This document shows, in pieces, positions 46,570 through 47,951 of a stretch of 47,951 nt of DNA. Position numbers and translations under genes: made by a program. Every line of letters begins with the position of its first letter. Position 1 is the first letter of the stretch. Below the pieces are notes generated by a model that saw only the letters and a program-made list of their open reading frames with translations, was not told where the DNA came from and ran no database searches. This DNA comes from a virus. Lineage: Duplodnaviria > Caudoviricetes. The stretch is from the IMG/VR virus record IMGVR_UViG_3300010362_000029, positions 1 through 47,951 of that record; one strand, 5' to 3'.

Positions 46570-46803
46570 ATGCCCACGACGCGACACTATCGCGCCAGCG
46601 TGCCGGTCACGCTCCACCTCGAAGTCCTGAGCAGCACAGGCCCCGAGGAGACGCTCGCTGCGATCACGGCCGCGTTCCAGCGCGGCGACGATCCGCTGCT
46701 CGGCGCCAACGTCAAGGTGCAGGAGAAATTCCGCGTCGCTTCGCGGCTCGACCTGGTTGTCAACGGCGGGCGCTACGCTCAACGGTCGCGTCGCGCTCCA
46801 TGA
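46570..46803 (+). CDS. Hypothetical protein
   Basis: GGGAGG RBS; the 3' end runs into the direct repeat. Confidence 0.5.
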   Translation: MPTTRHYRASVPVTLHLEVLSSTGPEETLAAITAAFQRGDDPLLGANVKVQEKFRVASRLDLVVNGGRYAQRSRRAP

Positions 46804-46854
46804 AATCGAGGAGGGCGAATGACCGCGAGCCGCATCACGTTCCGCCTCGCACGC
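46771..46854 (+). repeat. 84-bp direct repeat, copy 1
   Basis: Identical to 47868-47951. Confidence 0.92.
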
Positions 46855-47079
46855 CACACGGCGCGCCAAGTCGAGGTCGTCGAAGTGCTATGCGACGGCG
46901 AGATGTGCGGCGTGATTTATCCGCTGCAGGGCAAAGCATTGATGCTGGTGAGCGCGCACATGACGGACGTCACGCTCGACGACGGCGCGGGTGAGCCGCT
47001 GCAGATCCCCGCGGTGCGCGTGACGTTCGACCCGCGCCCGTATCGCATCGACGCGCAAGGAAGGATGCTTCGCAAATGA
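46819..47079 (+). CDS. Hypothetical protein
   Basis: GAGGAG RBS. Confidence 0.6.
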   Translation: MTASRITFRLARHTARQVEVVEVLCDGEMCGVIYPLQGKALMLVSAHMTDVTLDDGAGEPLQIPAVRVTFDPRPYRIDAQGRMLRK

Positions 47080-47363
47080 CCACCATCGTTCACACGCCGG
47101 CGAACAAGCCGGGCCACGTCATCGACAAGGTCTGGCTCGTCGTCTCGCGCGACGAGAACGGCGAAGGCGTGTGCGCCGGGCCGATGCCGCCGCTCCAGGT
47201 CGTGCCCTACATCGCCGCCGACGAGGCACGGCTCGAAGCCGTCATCGCCCTGGCCACCGACCTCGCCAGGATCACCGGGCAGACTTTCCACCTGATCAGG
47301 CTGTCGCGGCGCGACGTCGTCGGTACCATCGACGGCAACGGACTGACGAGGCACGAAGGCTGA
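47076..47363 (+). CDS. Hypothetical protein
   Basis: ATGA coupling; SRDENGEGVCA. Confidence 0.6.
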   Translation: MTTIVHTPANKPGHVIDKVWLVVSRDENGEGVCAGPMPPLQVVPYIAADEARLEAVIALATDLARITGQTFHLIRLSRRDVVGTIDGNGLTRHEG

Positions 47364-47479
47364 TGGGCCGGCTCAAGCAAGGCAGCACCGAGTTTCGCCT
47401 GTGGCTCAACGGCAAGCGTACTACGACTGCGTGAAGCGCAGCAAATGACACCTACAACCGCTTCAACAAGGGAAACACA

Positions 47480-47812
47480 ATGACTATCCAAACGCTCGCT
47501 TTAGTCGTCGTCATTCTGGCGATTGTCAACAATACGGCATCTGCTGAAACGCAACAGATCACGCTGATGTGCAGCGGAGTCAGTAAGCGTCCGCAACCGA
47601 ATGTGCCATTTGCTGATCCAGACCCGAGGCTACAGCAACGTCTCTCGCGCGTGACGATCACCGTCTCGCAGGACGACAAGCAGGTCGTGATCAACGGTGA
47701 CTACTACGGAACCATTGAGCAGTTCGATGCGAACGAGATCATCTTCGAAAATCCGAAAGGCTCGCCGAGCCGATCTATTCTGATCACTTTGATGGACGGC
47801 TGGATCGGATAA
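47480..47812 (+). CDS. Secreted hypothetical protein, possibly frameshifted
   Basis: Signal peptide and lower GC; the -1 frame continues as ...DGRLDRITG... Confidence 0.5.
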   Translation: MTIQTLALVVVILAIVNNTASAETQQITLMCSGVSKRPQPNVPFADPDPRLQQRLSRVTITVSQDDKQVVINGDYYGTIEQFDANEIIFENPKGSPSRSILITLMDGWIG

Positions 47813-47867
47813 CCGGGCACGTTGACCTGCACTTTCACCTCAACAACAGGTGGGCCGAGCAGCGGAT

Positions 47868-47951
47868 CGCTACGCTCAACGGTCGCGTCGCGCTCCATGA
47901 AATCGAGGAGGGCGAATGACCGCGAGCCGCATCACGTTCCGCCTCGCACGC
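47868..47951 (+). repeat. 84-bp direct repeat, copy 2 (runs off the window edge)
   Basis: Identical to 46771-46854. Confidence 0.92.

Overview
This is a high-GC temperate phage genome segment, probably from an alphaproteobacterial host (inferred from the gene families). Head and terminase genes are outside the window. It appears to be in the excised configuration, because an intact attP (3' half of tRNA-Pro GGG) joins the lysis region to a tyrosine integrase. Left to right: a Mu/P2-like contractile tail module with two paralogous tape-measure-like genes, a collagen-fused baseplate spike and two fibres; lysis genes; attP and integrase; a leftward early operon; a cI/cro switch; a replication and DNA-modification operon (primase, D5 helicase, two methyltransferases, DpdA-like + QueE + QueD, Mom-like GNAT); an AT-rich iteron region; a serine resolvase with a res-like site; and about 20 small hypothetical genes. 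The main observation is a solitary RAMP/Cas7-like gene (22899-23624, minus strand) with no CRISPR array or other cas genes. It lies downstream of three strictly phased 6-nt arrays (GGCG-NN on plus, NN-CGCC on the transcribed strand; about 49, 93 and 25 units) embedded in frame in three unrelated genes. Their conservation pattern points to a nucleotide-level code, so this is a candidate RNA-guided system with a gapped dinucleotide guide. All family calls come from motif recognition by eye; no searches were run.
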